64,000 nucleotides of DNA from Bdellovibrionales bacterium (GCA_965226095.1 OZ245336.1:74919-138918); one strand, 5' to 3'; shown: positions 37,765 through 47,178, counted from the first letter of the stretch. A program made the numbers and translations. Notes: generated by a model not told the origin, from the sequence alone.

Positions 37765-39622
37765 AAAAGACTCTTCTGAACAAAAAGCTAGCTCCGCACT
37801 GGAGTCATCCAATAAAAAGAAAAAAAATTTGAAGGTTTTATTGGAAAGTGAAATTGACAAACTCAAAAAAAGCGCTGGTAAGCAGAGTAATGTGCTTCAT
37901 ATCGGTGAATTAAATGAACATTTATCGACAGATATTATTGATCCGGAATTATTGGACTCTCTCATGCTTGAGTTGGAAAAAAGCGCTATAGAAATCAAGT
38001 ACCCGGCTTTATCTAAAAATGGAATGATAAAGGGTAAAAGTAAAGATGGAGAAAATCTCTTTGTATCAGAAGAAGATAATACAGAAGAGGAAGAAACAGA
38101 GTTAAAACTGCGTAGCAATGATCCTGTTCGTTTATACTTGAGAAAAATGGGAGGAGTATCTCTTTTGGATCGGGAAGGCGAAGTGGAAATTGCCCGTCGT
38201 ATTGAAAAAGGAGAGCGAGAGATCATTCGTGCTATCTTAATGTGTCCTACAGGCACCAATGAAGTTATTCGTCTTGGTGAACATCTTAAGTTAGGGCGAT
38301 TAAAAGTAAAATCTATTTTTAGAGGCTTGGAAGACGAAGAACATAAATATAATGAAAAGGAATACATTGATAAAATTTTTGAACTTATTGATCATGTTAA
38401 AAAATATCAGAAAAAAAGTAAAAAATATTTTGTAGCCATAAGAGATAAAACAGAATCTTTGGAAAACATGGAGAAAGCTTTTTTTAATTTAAATAGTGAG
38501 TTAATGAAAAAATTCAAAAGTGTGAATTTCAATCGAAAAATTATCAATCGGTTTGTGATCAAGTTTCATAATCTTCTCAATCGTATGGAAGAATTGCAAA
38601 AGCGAGTAGACTCAGCCGTGGAAAAAACTTTTTCTAAAAACTTTGATGAACTAAAGGAAACTTATACACAGATATACAATAGTGATAAAGAGGCCCTGCG
38701 TGTCCGGCAGGAAACGGGTTTAAATTTTCAACAATATAGAAACTTTTATTTATCCGCTCACGATGCGCAAGATAGGTTGGCCAGATTATATAAAGAAACA
38801 TGGATGAAACATTTATGGGTGAAGCACATTTGTACAGCTATTTGGAAAGGTGAACAAGAGGCGGATAAAGCAAAATCCAAGCTAGTAAAAGCTAATTTAC
38901 GATTGGTAGTATCTATTGCCAAAAAGTACACTAATCGAGGCTTACAGTTTTTAGATTTGATACAGGAAGGAAACATGGGTTTAATGAAGGCCGTAGATAA
39001 ATTTGAATATCGCAGAGGTTACAAGTTTTCCACTTATGCCACTTGGTGGATTCGTCAAGCGATTACGAGGGCGATTGCTGATCAGGCACGAACTATTCGT
39101 ATTCCGGTTCATATGATCGAAACTATTAACAAGATGGTACGAACCACTCGTTATCTCATTCAGGAATTGGGTCGAGAGCCTACACCGGAGGAAATTGCAC
39201 AAAAAATGGAAATGCCGGTAGGAAAAGTGAGGAAAGTGTTACGTATTGCTAAGGAGCCTATTAGCTTGGAGACTCCGGTGGGTGAAGAGGAGGATTCACA
39301 TTTAGGGGATTTTATTGAAGATAAAAAAGTGATCAATCCTTCCTCGGCAATTGTGAACTTAAATTTAATTGAGCAAACCAGAAGAGTGTTGGCGACTTTG
39401 ACTCCTCGGGAGGAACGGGTATTGAGAATGCGATTCGGTATTGGTGAGGAAAGTGATCACACTTTGGAAGAAGTTGGTCAGGATTTTAATGTAACCAGGG
39501 AGCGTATTCGTCAGATTGAAGCCAAGGCTTTACGTAAGCTCAGACATCCCAGTCGTTCTGGCAAACTAAAAACTTTTGTAGCTGTAGACAGTGAAATGGA
39601 CAGTGATATAGAAGAACAATAG
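37754..39622 (+). CDS. rpoD: RNA polymerase sigma-70 factor RpoD
   Basis: [11 protein letters not shown], region 2 [37 protein letters not shown] and region 4 [20 protein letters not shown]. Confidence 0.97.
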   Translation: MTNKKDSSEQKASSALESSNKKKKNLKVLLESEIDKLKKSAGKQSNVLHIGELNEHLSTDIIDPELLDSLMLELEKSAIEIKYPALSKNGMIKGKSKDGENLFVSEEDNTEEEETELKLRSNDPVRLYLRKMGGVSLLDREGEVEIARRIEKGEREIIRAILMCPTGTNEVIRLGEHLKLGRLKVKSIFRGLEDEEHKYNEKEYIDKIFELIDHVKKYQKKSKKYFVAIRDKTESLENMEKAFFNLNSELMKKFKSVNFNRKIINRFVIKFHNLLNRMEELQKRVDSAVEKTFSKNFDELKETYTQIYNSDKEALRVRQETGLNFQQYRNFYLSAHDAQDRLARLYKETWMKHLWVKHICTAIWKGEQEADKAKSKLVKANLRLVVSIAKKYTNRGLQFLDLIQEGNMGLMKAVDKFEYRRGYKFSTYATWWIRQAITRAIADQARTIRIPVHMIETINKMVRTTRYLIQELGREPTPEEIAQKMEMPVGKVRKVLRIAKEPISLETPVGEEEDSHLGDFIEDKKVINPSSAIVNLNLIEQTRRVLATLTPREERVLRMRFGIGEESDHTLEEVGQDFNVTRERIRQIEAKALRKLRHPSRSGKLKTFVAVDSEMDSDIEEQ

Positions 39623-39651
39623 CTACTAGTTGTTGTTTTGTATTATTGGTT

Positions 39652-39728
39652 GGGGGCTTAGCTTAGTTGGTTAAAGCATCCGGCTCATAACCGGAGGATC
39701 GAAGGTTCGAGTCCTTCAGCCCCTACCA
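39652..39728 (+). tRNA. tRNA with CAT anticodon (Met, or Ile2 if lysidinylated)
   Basis: Hand-folded. D stem GCTT/AAGC, anticodon stem TCCGG/CCGGA with loop CTCATAA, T arm GAAGG-TTCGAGT-CCTTC, acceptor GGGGGCT/AGCCCCT (G1-U72 wobble), encoded CCA. Confidence 0.85.
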
Positions 39729-39731
39729 CTT
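39713..39731. repeat. attL core (3' end of tRNA-Met)
   Basis: Identical 19-mer to 62543-62561. Confidence 0.85.
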
Positions 39732-40957
39732 ATCTTCTTAACTATTGGAATTACTTGAATTTTTTTCTCACAATCTATCTCGCTGTGATTCTCGCTGTGA
39801 TTTTTAAAAGAACTTCCAAAAAGATTAAAAGCTTTGGTGGTTTTTTCTGCTGTATCTCTGTTTAAAAGAGCTACCACTTTGGCATACTTTTCTGTCATAC
39901 GACTTGAAGTATGACCAAGGCTTGCCTGCACAGAGGACATATCTCTTGTAGCTATTAAAGCCATTGTTGCATAGGAATGTCTTAGAATATGCGTTGATTT
40001 CCAAGGAAGCTTCAATGCTTTAAAGCCAGCATTAAAAGCTGATTGAATGGCATTGTATTTTAAAGCCTCTCCCTGTTTATCTGTGAAAAGCAAATCTGTA
40101 TCACCATTTTCCTCTTTCATCTGTTTTAATATCTGTATCAATTCATCAGATAAAATCAGAAGACGAACAGAGGCAGAAGTTTTTGTATCCTCTTCTAAAG
40201 ATGGTCTTTTTGTTTTATGGTCCCACCTTATTTTTCGGATAACTCTTGCCTTTCCCTGTTCCAATTCCACAGCAGACCAAAGCATTCCGCAAGCCTCACC
40301 AACTCTGGCTCCTGTAAGAACCATAAAAGTTGCAAGCCTCCAATAAACCGGATTACTTCTGTTTTGCCTTAACCACTTTATCCAATCTCTTAACTCCTCC
40401 GGTCTTGCATAGTAATCAGGACGCTGAGGAGGAACGGGTTTATAGTAGCAAAGCTGTCTGTGCTGTTTCGTAATGGGAACATTAAAATTCTCATCTACAA
40501 AGTTTCTATACCAATTTAATATGGCAGAGAGCAGTTGCAATTCATGCCTAAAAGTTTTCCGGCCCTTATTTTTAGCTGTAGGATGTTTCTTAAGCCAGTT
40601 TATCCATTTATGGACATATTTGGCATTAAGATATTCCATTTTAACTATGCTTAAAGGTCCTTTTGTAAAATATCTGAACCTTGCCTCGTAACCTTGCTGC
40701 GTAGCTGTTTTAAGTAAAGGAAAAGCCTCTTCCAAATACTGCTTAAAGCACTCGGAAAAAAAGACACTTTCTTTTTCCTGATAAAATTCTGAAGGGTTTT
40801 TTAAAAGTTGTTGTTTTTGTTTGTCATGCCAGACACAAGCTTCTGTTTTACTTTTAAAGGTCCTGCATGTTAGGCGGAAGCCTTTGACATAAACCTGTGC
40901 TTGATAACAAACTTTTCTTTGTCCATTTTTCTTTATATATCTTTTGATTATAGACAT
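39716..40957 (-). CDS. int: Tyrosine-type site-specific integrase
   Basis: LTGARVGE (catalytic Arg), HILRHSYAT (HxxR) and GHTSSRMTEKYAK (catalytic Tyr). The N-terminal arm-binding-like domain reads KRYIKKNGQRKVCYQAQVYVKG. The stop codon lies inside the tRNA/att core. Confidence 0.95.
   Translation of the reverse strand: MSIIKRYIKKNGQRKVCYQAQVYVKGFRLTCRTFKSKTEACVWHDKQKQQLLKNPSEFYQEKESVFFSECFKQYLEEAFPLLKTATQQGYEARFRYFTKGPLSIVKMEYLNAKYVHKWINWLKKHPTAKNKGRKTFRHELQLLSAILNWYRNFVDENFNVPITKQHRQLCYYKPVPPQRPDYYARPEELRDWIKWLRQNRSNPVYWRLATFMVLTGARVGEACGMLWSAVELEQGKARVIRKIRWDHKTKRPSLEEDTKTSASVRLLILSDELIQILKQMKEENGDTDLLFTDKQGEALKYNAIQSAFNAGFKALKLPWKSTHILRHSYATMALIATRDMSSVQASLGHTSSRMTEKYAKVVALLNRDTAEKTTKAFNLFGSSFKNHSENHSEIDCEKKIQVIPIVKKISGRG
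39779..39802. promoter_or_regulatory. Perfect 12-bp tandem direct repeat CTCGCTGTGATT x2 (candidate integrase arm-type sites)
   Basis: Read directly, inside the int 3' end. Near-identical pairs (CTCACTGTGATT TCGCTGTGATT) occur at 56800-56822 and 62405-62427 in the right-end arms. Confidence 0.5.
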
Positions 40958-41328
40958 GGTTTTTCCTTTCGGTTAAGCCATGCTTTTAGACTCTTGGGAC
41001 GAAACATAACTTTCTGGCCACACTTCACATAAGGAATTTTGCGAAGATAGACCCAGTTATGGATTGTCTTGGGAGCCACCCCCAGCATTTCCGCAACAGT
41101 TTTCACACTTACCAAATTGTCAAAGAGCTGTTCTGTCTTTGGAGAATTTTTTAGCTCCAAAGACAGAGTTGCCAGATTAAGTGCTTTTGTGTTGTTTGGC
41201 AATGTCCATGAAGCAGGCTGTCCAACCAGATTGCTTTGTGTTCTTATTGATTCTATGTGTCGATCTTGCTCTTCGTTTAGTTCTTCATTGTATGAGTTTT
41301 TAAATAAAAAGCTTAATTGCTTTTCCAT
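40948..41328 (-). CDS. xis: Excisionase/AlpA-type helix-turn-helix protein
   Basis: VKTVAEMLGVAPKTIHNWVYLRKIPYVKCGQKVMFRPKSLKAWL. Overlaps the int start. Confidence 0.8.
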   Translation of the reverse strand: MEKQLSFLFKNSYNEELNEEQDRHIESIRTQSNLVGQPASWTLPNNTKALNLATLSLELKNSPKTEQLFDNLVSVKTVAEMLGVAPKTIHNWVYLRKIPYVKCGQKVMFRPKSLKAWLNRKEKPCL

Positions 41329-41559
41329 AGCTTCTCCTTTGGGGAAAGAATTTTTAATTATTGCAAGCTCCTTTCATAGATGATTGTTTTGGGTGGTTCT
41401 TCTTTCCTGTGTAAAGACACACCATCTCTTTCCTTATATTTTTTTAGCCTCCACTCGCTTGCAGTAAAGGGACTACGTTCGCCTGTGGCGATGGCCTGAG
41501 GGCCACCCTTGACTGGGCAAGCTCGTTTCGGCTTACTTGCTTATTTACAAAAATATGTC

Positions 41560-41579
41560 ATTCCTGCGAAAGCAGGAAT
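41560..41579. repeat. REP-like palindrome ATTCCTGC-GAAA-GCAGGAAT (inverted orientation of the family)
   Basis: GTCATTCCTGCGAAAGCAGGAATCC read directly. Confidence 0.75.
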
Positions 41580-41700
41580 CCAGAAATCATATTATTAAAA
41601 ACTCATCATTCCCATAGCTTTCCTCATATCTACAAAGACATCCAGAAAGCCAAATACTCATGCTCAATTAAAAATTTAAACTTACCAGCACATACCTCTC

Positions 41701-41730
41701 ACCAGCTTTTCCCACAGTTTCCCGCTCTCC
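41701..41730. promoter_or_regulatory. Inverted copy of the 10-bp-phased (C/T)GGGAAA repeat block found in the island right-end arms
   Basis: The reverse complement GGAGAGCGGGAAACTGTGGGAAAAGCTGGT matches GAGCGGGAAACTGCGGGAAAAGCCGGG (62438-62463) and GAGCGAGAAACTACGGGAAAAGCTGGG (56834-56860). Confidence 0.5.
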
Positions 41731-41801
41731 TAAATCTCTCTCCTCTATCTCTCTCTCTTCCTCTCGAACCTAGACCCCACCAAATTAAATAAAATACACA
41801 C

Positions 41802-41858
41802 ACGGACCGTGACCACCACCGCGAAACCAAAGGATGAGTGGGGGTGGTCACGGTCCGT
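41802..41858. other. GC-rich 16-bp perfect stem-loop (ACGGACCGTGACCACC ... GGTGGTCACGGTCCGT)
   Basis: Read directly, with a 25-nt loop, in an otherwise AT-rich non-coding stretch upstream of xis. Confidence 0.7.
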
Positions 41859-42280
41859 ATCTGGAAAAACCTTTTATTTTCAGATATTTAAGAGAAATGA
41901 AAAGTTTTCGACTTTGCATCTGTGTTTGCGATCTATGCTCATGATTTCCTCATACTTTGAAACCCAAAACATTGCTTTAAGAACCCTGTTAGCTGTTGTT
42001 TACTGTCTTCAAAAGTGAAATTTTCTAACCTCCAAACCTTCAGTAAGCCTTCTTTATGGGAAGCCTTAGCGATCAAAATAGCTACCTATAGAGAATTTTT
42101 CTTGTCTCTTTTTTTAAACCTAAGCCTGTCAATCGATTGATAAATTGAACCAAAAACTTCTAAAGTGAATGTGATACGAAGACTGAAACATGATCTTTCC
42201 AGTATATGAAAGGGTCAAAATCCTTCTCTCTCATGCCCCCGATAAAGGGTTAAGGGGGCATTCGGGAGGGCGGATTTTTG

Positions 42281-42580
42281 TTATTTACTTATGTTAGTTT
42301 TTATAGAACTTGAACTGATTTCTGCTTCTTGGATAGAACGAGCTTCCTTTAAAGAAAGACTTTTGGCAAACAAACCCCTAGCTGTTCTAACAACCAAGAC
42401 TTCCACAATATCTCTCTCATTAAGCTTTTCATAAGAAGTATTGATAAATTCTGTTACAGTAGAAAAATATACATCTTGTTTATTCTTTTTATCCCAAATA
42501 GCACCAAAACCAATATCTGGCATAATTCGCCGAATAGCCCCTTTTGCTGTCCCTTTAATTTCTAATATCTTTTCATACAT
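42281..42580 (-). CDS. Cold-shock-domain (OB-fold)-like small protein
   Basis: GTAKGAIRRIMPDIGFGAIWDKKNKQDVYFS...NERDIVEVLVVRTARGLFAKS follows the G.V....GFGFI....DVF.H...L..G..V.F.......G..A pattern. Confidence 0.6.
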   Translation of the reverse strand: MYEKILEIKGTAKGAIRRIMPDIGFGAIWDKKNKQDVYFSTVTEFINTSYEKLNERDIVEVLVVRTARGLFAKSLSLKEARSIQEAEISSSSIKTNISK

Positions 42581-42633
42581 CTAACTTGCCTCTAGTTTCT
42601 ATCCTTTTTAACCGTAAAACTGTACATCCTCTC

Positions 42634-43545
42634 TCATATATCAAGTAATATCTTTCTATATCTTCTTTCATTTGGTTTTAAAGACATTAGGTCTTTACGT
42701 TCATTAATTATCTTCACTAAACACTTACGAGAAACATCACAGACGAATTTTACGGGATTTTTTACCTTCTCAAACAATTTGTTGAGATTGGATTCACCAC
42801 CATGAACAATTCGGTTTCTCGCATTATATACCTCTTTTAATTCGTCATAAAATTTTTGTTTATCTTCTGGATCAAGTAATTTTAAAATAGATCCACATAC
42901 TTTTAGCTGTGTTTCGCCTGGTCCCCCAAAGAGTGATTCCCAAGCAATTACACCATCAACTATTGCATCAATAGGGTGTCGGCGTTCAGAAAGTATTAGA
43001 TGCAATCGATCAAACGCAATTTGAAAATGTTTATAAATAGAATCATCTATCTTTTTTAACCAATATGAAAATGAAATAAAGTCGTCATTTTCTAATACAT
43101 TAAAGCTATGGAAAGTAGTTGGGTTAGAAACATAGCTGCCTGGATGCTCTAAAGCAAAACCACTTTCTGAAAATGTAATAGTAATGCCATTATTTTTATT
43201 TAATGCAAAAAATAATGATACATTTATCTTTTTCATCAGTTTAGAAATTTCTTTATCAGGGTGAACTTTTAAATTCGATCTCTCTTTTCCTGATCCAACC
43301 ACCTTAATAGGAATTTTAATACATGCAATTGCCCCAAGAAGTTTATTATTTTCATGACCAGAAATAAGAGATGTGTATAGCCCGGGGTTATCTGCTGAAT
43401 CCAGGGGGCAGATTAACATATCCTCTTTTTCAATCCTTTTTTCAAGATGTATCCACGAAAGTCCTATAAAATAGGAAAACTTGGTTTGTTTTCCTTCAGC
43501 AAGGTCTCTCAGGCTCTTTAATAAGATTTTTAATTCGTTTAACAA
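42634..43545 (-). CDS. Unknown N-terminal domain fused to a C-terminal HEPN-like domain (RNxxxH)
   Basis: C-terminal helical region ...AIVDGVIAWESLFGG...LKEVYNARNRIVHGG carries the Rx4-6H motif in its RN..H form. The N-terminal ~190 aa are unrecognised. Confidence 0.65.
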   Translation of the reverse strand: MLNELKILLKSLRDLAEGKQTKFSYFIGLSWIHLEKRIEKEDMLICPLDSADNPGLYTSLISGHENNKLLGAIACIKIPIKVVGSGKERSNLKVHPDKEISKLMKKINVSLFFALNKNNGITITFSESGFALEHPGSYVSNPTTFHSFNVLENDDFISFSYWLKKIDDSIYKHFQIAFDRLHLILSERRHPIDAIVDGVIAWESLFGGPGETQLKVCGSILKLLDPEDKQKFYDELKEVYNARNRIVHGGESNLNKLFEKVKNPVKFVCDVSRKCLVKIINERKDLMSLKPNERRYRKILLDI

Positions 43546-44243
43546 TCTTCAAGCGTATAATTCATCTGGTTACATGAGTTTTGAAAAGCTCTCCGTACTA
43601 TTGTTTCACAGAACAAACTTATTTGATGAGAAATGTTCTCTCTATTTGATAACTTGAAACAGAACTCGTAATTAAAGCCCTCTTTTTTATTAATTAACTT
43701 ATTTAAAATATCTTGTTTTAACAAAATTTCAGATTTTTTTAATAAGTGAGGGTTTAAGGCCAAATTAGGTAATGGAGATCGTATAGGTTTCTTTATATAC
43801 TTTATAAGTAGATAAGGATAGTTTTTGATCGTTAAGTCAGATAAAAATTCAAAAACAGGATCTTCTTTCTCAATTTGCGGGATGTGACCACCACAGATTC
43901 TTCTTAGGTTATTGAAAGTTGAAAGTTCTATTTGTTTAACCCTAATTTCAAAGCAATCCTTAAACTCAAACAATTCACCTTGTTTAGTGTGTGAGTTCTG
44001 ACTGTTGTTACTTATAAATTCAATTTTGGAACCATCTTTAGTTTCACTTTGAGTAAACCATAATTGCCAGCATTCTTTCTTTATGTTATCAAGAAATTTT
44101 AATACATCTATTTGATTTTTATTTAATTTCAGTTCTTCAAGTTTAATTTTTTCGCTAAGCACGCCATCATAATTGATAATATACTGAATAAATTTAATCC
44201 CGAAATATCTCTTAATAATTTCATAGTTTTCCTGGTTCATCAT
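43539..44243 (-). CDS. Hypothetical protein, translationally coupled to the HEPN gene
   Basis: 234-aa ORF. Its stop overlaps the downstream start by 7 nt. No motif recognised. Confidence 0.6.
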   Translation of the reverse strand: MMNQENYEIIKRYFGIKFIQYIINYDGVLSEKIKLEELKLNKNQIDVLKFLDNIKKECWQLWFTQSETKDGSKIEFISNNSQNSHTKQGELFEFKDCFEIRVKQIELSTFNNLRRICGGHIPQIEKEDPVFEFLSDLTIKNYPYLLIKYIKKPIRSPLPNLALNPHLLKKSEILLKQDILNKLINKKEGFNYEFCFKLSNRENISHQISLFCETIVRRAFQNSCNQMNYTLEDC

Positions 44244-44436
44244 ACCTCCATAAGATTTAAATCTATCGAACTATTTGATCTATTTTTCATTTTATGAAAA
44301 TCACCTCCTACTATTCTAATCAAGTAAAAAAATTATGATTTGTATAAGAGAACAGAACTTAAAACCCTTCTCCTCTCCTTCATCTCCTCAAAAAGGGTTG
44401 AGGATATGTTCGAGAGAACAGATTTTATACCCATAC

Positions 44437-45654
44437 TCAAACTCTTTTCCTGTTAATGCTTTTTAAATATAACCTTCTTTGCTTGTACATAAGCCACATA
44501 ACAAGAAACTTATGTTTGAGTGAGATTTTTTTTATAAGTTCTTTAAAAAGATCATATGATCCAAAACTACGAACATACATAGTAATATTCAAGGCAGTCC
44601 GCAAAAAAACATTTAGTATCTTTTTTTTATATTTTTTTATCTTTGATTGTTCTTCCTTTTTAAATTCTTTCTTTATTTTTTCAAACATAAAAATGATTTC
44701 TTTATCTATATCTGGATTTTGACTAATCATTTCCAAATTCTTCTGCCAATTATCAGATTGTTTTTTCTTTCCCAGATTAACAGATAGAGATAACGAATAG
44801 CTTGGATTATCTTCTGCTTTCATACTATTTTCTAATAGTTCCAATATTTCTATAAATATTTCTGGCTTCAATATAAAAGAGGGCTTTCCCATAAATGAAA
44901 ATTTGTTAAAGTATTGATGCTCATTCAGATCACTCTGCCTTAACCACTCTTTCATCGCGCTAACGCTCATATCCCATACAACTGTTATTCTAGAAAAAGG
45001 GCAATCTTCTATTTTTAATACTTTTTTTCTGACTTCCAGAAGCCCATGATGAATTCTTGTTATAAAATCATCTAATACATTTTCTACTCTCATGACTCTA
45101 ATTGGAGGTGTTGCAAACCATAGTGGTAAACCTATTACCAGATGCCCTTTCCCAATACTGTTAACATTTTTATTATACGATGGTTTGTTTATTTTATCAT
45201 CAATTGACTTCATTACTTCATCAGCAACAAGCCTCTGTTTATGTCTTAGAGGACGTGCCATATTCACTTTATTTATTAGTTTTTTAAATTTCTTTTTTTC
45301 CAAATTTCCTACATCATTCCACTCTTTCATTGCCTCACTTATCTCTTTTCCATTGTTATATGCAAATACCTCAGTTATTTCAAACCATGTTAAACCACTT
45401 TTTGTGTGACTTAAACCAGTAGAGTTTTGATAAATAAAACTGTCTCCAGGGATATCTGTACCCTGTCTCTTTATTGGATAAGGTATTGTTAGGGATGCTA
45501 ATTCTTTCTCCATATCACTAGATGTATTCTCCTCCTTCTTTATCCAATATTGCTCTCTGAGATAAGAAATTTTATTTTTATCTTTTATGTATTTCCACTC
45601 TGGATGCTTTTTTCCAATATCTGTATATAAGATAGACAAACCAAGTTTCTTCAT
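44437..45654 (-). CDS. Hypothetical protein (405 aa), immediately downstream of the NYN gene
   Basis: Long ORF in AT-rich DNA, 12 bp after the NYN stop. No motif recognised. Confidence 0.6.
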   Translation of the reverse strand: MKKLGLSILYTDIGKKHPEWKYIKDKNKISYLREQYWIKKEENTSSDMEKELASLTIPYPIKRQGTDIPGDSFIYQNSTGLSHTKSGLTWFEITEVFAYNNGKEISEAMKEWNDVGNLEKKKFKKLINKVNMARPLRHKQRLVADEVMKSIDDKINKPSYNKNVNSIGKGHLVIGLPLWFATPPIRVMRVENVLDDFITRIHHGLLEVRKKVLKIEDCPFSRITVVWDMSVSAMKEWLRQSDLNEHQYFNKFSFMGKPSFILKPEIFIEILELLENSMKAEDNPSYSLSLSVNLGKKKQSDNWQKNLEMISQNPDIDKEIIFMFEKIKKEFKKEEQSKIKKYKKKILNVFLRTALNITMYVRSFGSYDLFKELIKKISLKHKFLVMWLMYKQRRLYLKSINRKRV

Positions 45655-45666
45655 GTCGATCTGTAT

Positions 45667-46455
45667 TCAACCCCAACTTTTTGGTTTAGAAATTCCATTG
45701 ACTACAGTAGGAAACTGACTATTTTTTAAATGCTCTTCTGTTAAGCTAATAGTCTTATTTGATATTTTTTGCAAATCCTGATGAGCGCCTAAAGGAACAA
45801 TAACTCCCTTTTCAGTTTCAGTAGGAGTGATAACAACCACTCTCTTCTTTAATTTCTTTCTGGCAAACCAAAGAGGTAATTTTAAATCTGTGTCATTTGA
45901 TAATAGAACTATTGAACCTATGTTTTCCTTACAACAATCATATATGATATGTGTTGCGATATTAACATCTGTCTCCTTTTCTTTATACTTAAAAAACGGG
46001 CTAATATTTTTTCCTAGAATATTTTTCAGTTGTTTTAACTGTTTAGAGTTTTTTATGACAAGTGATGCATTTATATGCCGCTTTTTAAATTTTCCATATA
46101 TTATTTCCACTTTTTGAAGTGTTTGAACAGTTCGTAAATACATATTTTGTCTAATAACATTAGACGGGTCTTTTGGTTTTCTTTTTACCTGGGCTGTAAA
46201 ATACTTTATTTGAGTTATATTATGCCAAGAAGGATCTAATACAGAATTAACAAGTGCTTCTATATTCAACCATTTATAAGGAGTGTTTTTTAATGAATAG
46301 TAAAGATTGAAGCCATCAATATAAACGATTGTATTAAAAGGATTTGAAGTTATTGGTTTCAAAATATTGCTCTCAAAAAAGACGAAAGCGACCATAAGGT
46401 CGCCTCGCACCCACCAGTCTAAACGAGTGGGGATATCATTTATTAATATCGGCAT
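45667..46455 (-). CDS. NYN-domain (PIN-like) predicted ribonuclease
   Basis: VYIDGFNLYYSLK, YFTAQV, KETDVNIATHII and VLLSNDTDL acidic motifs typical of NYN/LabA-like nucleases. The start may be the internal MVAF. Confidence 0.8.
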   Translation of the reverse strand: MPILINDIPTRLDWWVRGDLMVAFVFFESNILKPITSNPFNTIVYIDGFNLYYSLKNTPYKWLNIEALVNSVLDPSWHNITQIKYFTAQVKRKPKDPSNVIRQNMYLRTVQTLQKVEIIYGKFKKRHINASLVIKNSKQLKQLKNILGKNISPFFKYKEKETDVNIATHIIYDCCKENIGSIVLLSNDTDLKLPLWFARKKLKKRVVVITPTETEKGVIVPLGAHQDLQKISNKTISLTEEHLKNSQFPTVVNGISKPKSWG

Positions 46456-46547
46456 TTTTTATGAAAAATCAAGGTAAAAATAAAATTTTTTATTTTAATA
46501 TTCAGAAAAATGAAAATTCGCTACAAAAACAATCCCCATCCACGACC

Positions 46548-46763
46548 GAAGCCCCTGATCATTTCAAAAATCCGTGTAGCCAAATATGTAACACCATGTA
46601 GTACAAGATTGAAATATCGGGAAATATCCCGACATAAATACAGTAAAATGGTGGTCTCCTAATTTACCAATAAACACGGGGACTTGAAATACCCCGACAT
46701 TTCCTGAAATCTCTACATCATGAATTTTAAAAAGTTGTAAAATCAAATGGTCGGGGAGATAGG
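46548..46763. repeat. ~215-bp dispersed repeat, copy 1 (ends in a tRNA-Pro-like 16-mer TGGTCGGGGAGATAGG)
   Basis: Aligns by eye with 48680-48886 along its whole length. Contains hairpins TCGGG-AAATAT-CCCGA and CGGGG-ACTTGAAATA-CCCCG plus the palindrome ATTTCCTGAAAT. Confidence 0.8.
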
Positions 46764-46926
46764 TAAATTTCAAATGTAACTGTAAAACCTATAGTACGAA
46801 CAGTCCGTGTTTAGTGTAAAAAAAACCCATATTTTTCAAGTTTTTCTATACTTTATCCGACAAATAAAATATGCAAAAAACAATAAAAAAATTAATACAA
46901 ATAAAGCTATTTTAATAGGATTGACA

Positions 46927-47178
46927 ATGAAAGATGTTTTATCTCTAACTATGAGAATAGTTATTGGAGTGTTTTGGTCTCTTTTAGCTCTACTGCCAAT
47001 ATGCGCAGTTATTGCTTTAGTGGCCTCTTTTGTTCTGGATGTTAATATATCAGTATGGCAAGTAATCAAAATAATAATTGGTATTCATATTGCCATTCCT
47101 TTATTCATTGTTATAATAGCTTTACCTTTTCTAGGTTATGAAAAGATATTTCTCCAGAGGAGAAAAATCAAAAAATAA
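46927..47178 (+). CDS. Small integral membrane protein
   Basis: Two to three hydrophobic helices (IVIGVFWSLLALLPICAVIALVASFVL; IIIGIHIAIPLFIVIIALPFLG). I prefer the ATG at 46927 over 46807. Confidence 0.5.
   Translation: MKDVLSLTMRIVIGVFWSLLALLPICAVIALVASFVLDVNISVWQVIKIIIGIHIAIPLFIVIIALPFLGYEKIFLQRRKIKK

Noticed and set aside
37897-39202. Minus-strand ORFs inside rpoD (37897-38367, 38758-38976, 38981-39202), and similar shadow ORFs inside other core genes
   Set aside because: They are antisense to unmistakable conserved genes and have no motifs.
41809-42018. ORF 41809-42018 (+) in the xis-cargo gap
   Set aside because: Its start lies inside the 16-bp GC-rich stem-loop. It has no RBS, and the translation is featureless. 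I treat the region as non-coding.
46564-46773. Short ORFs inside the ~215-bp repeat copies (46564-46773, 48632-48832, 57042-57224)
   Set aside because: The reading frame is not conserved between copies: indels shift it and only nucleotide similarity persists. The conservation pattern follows hairpin pairing rather than codons.
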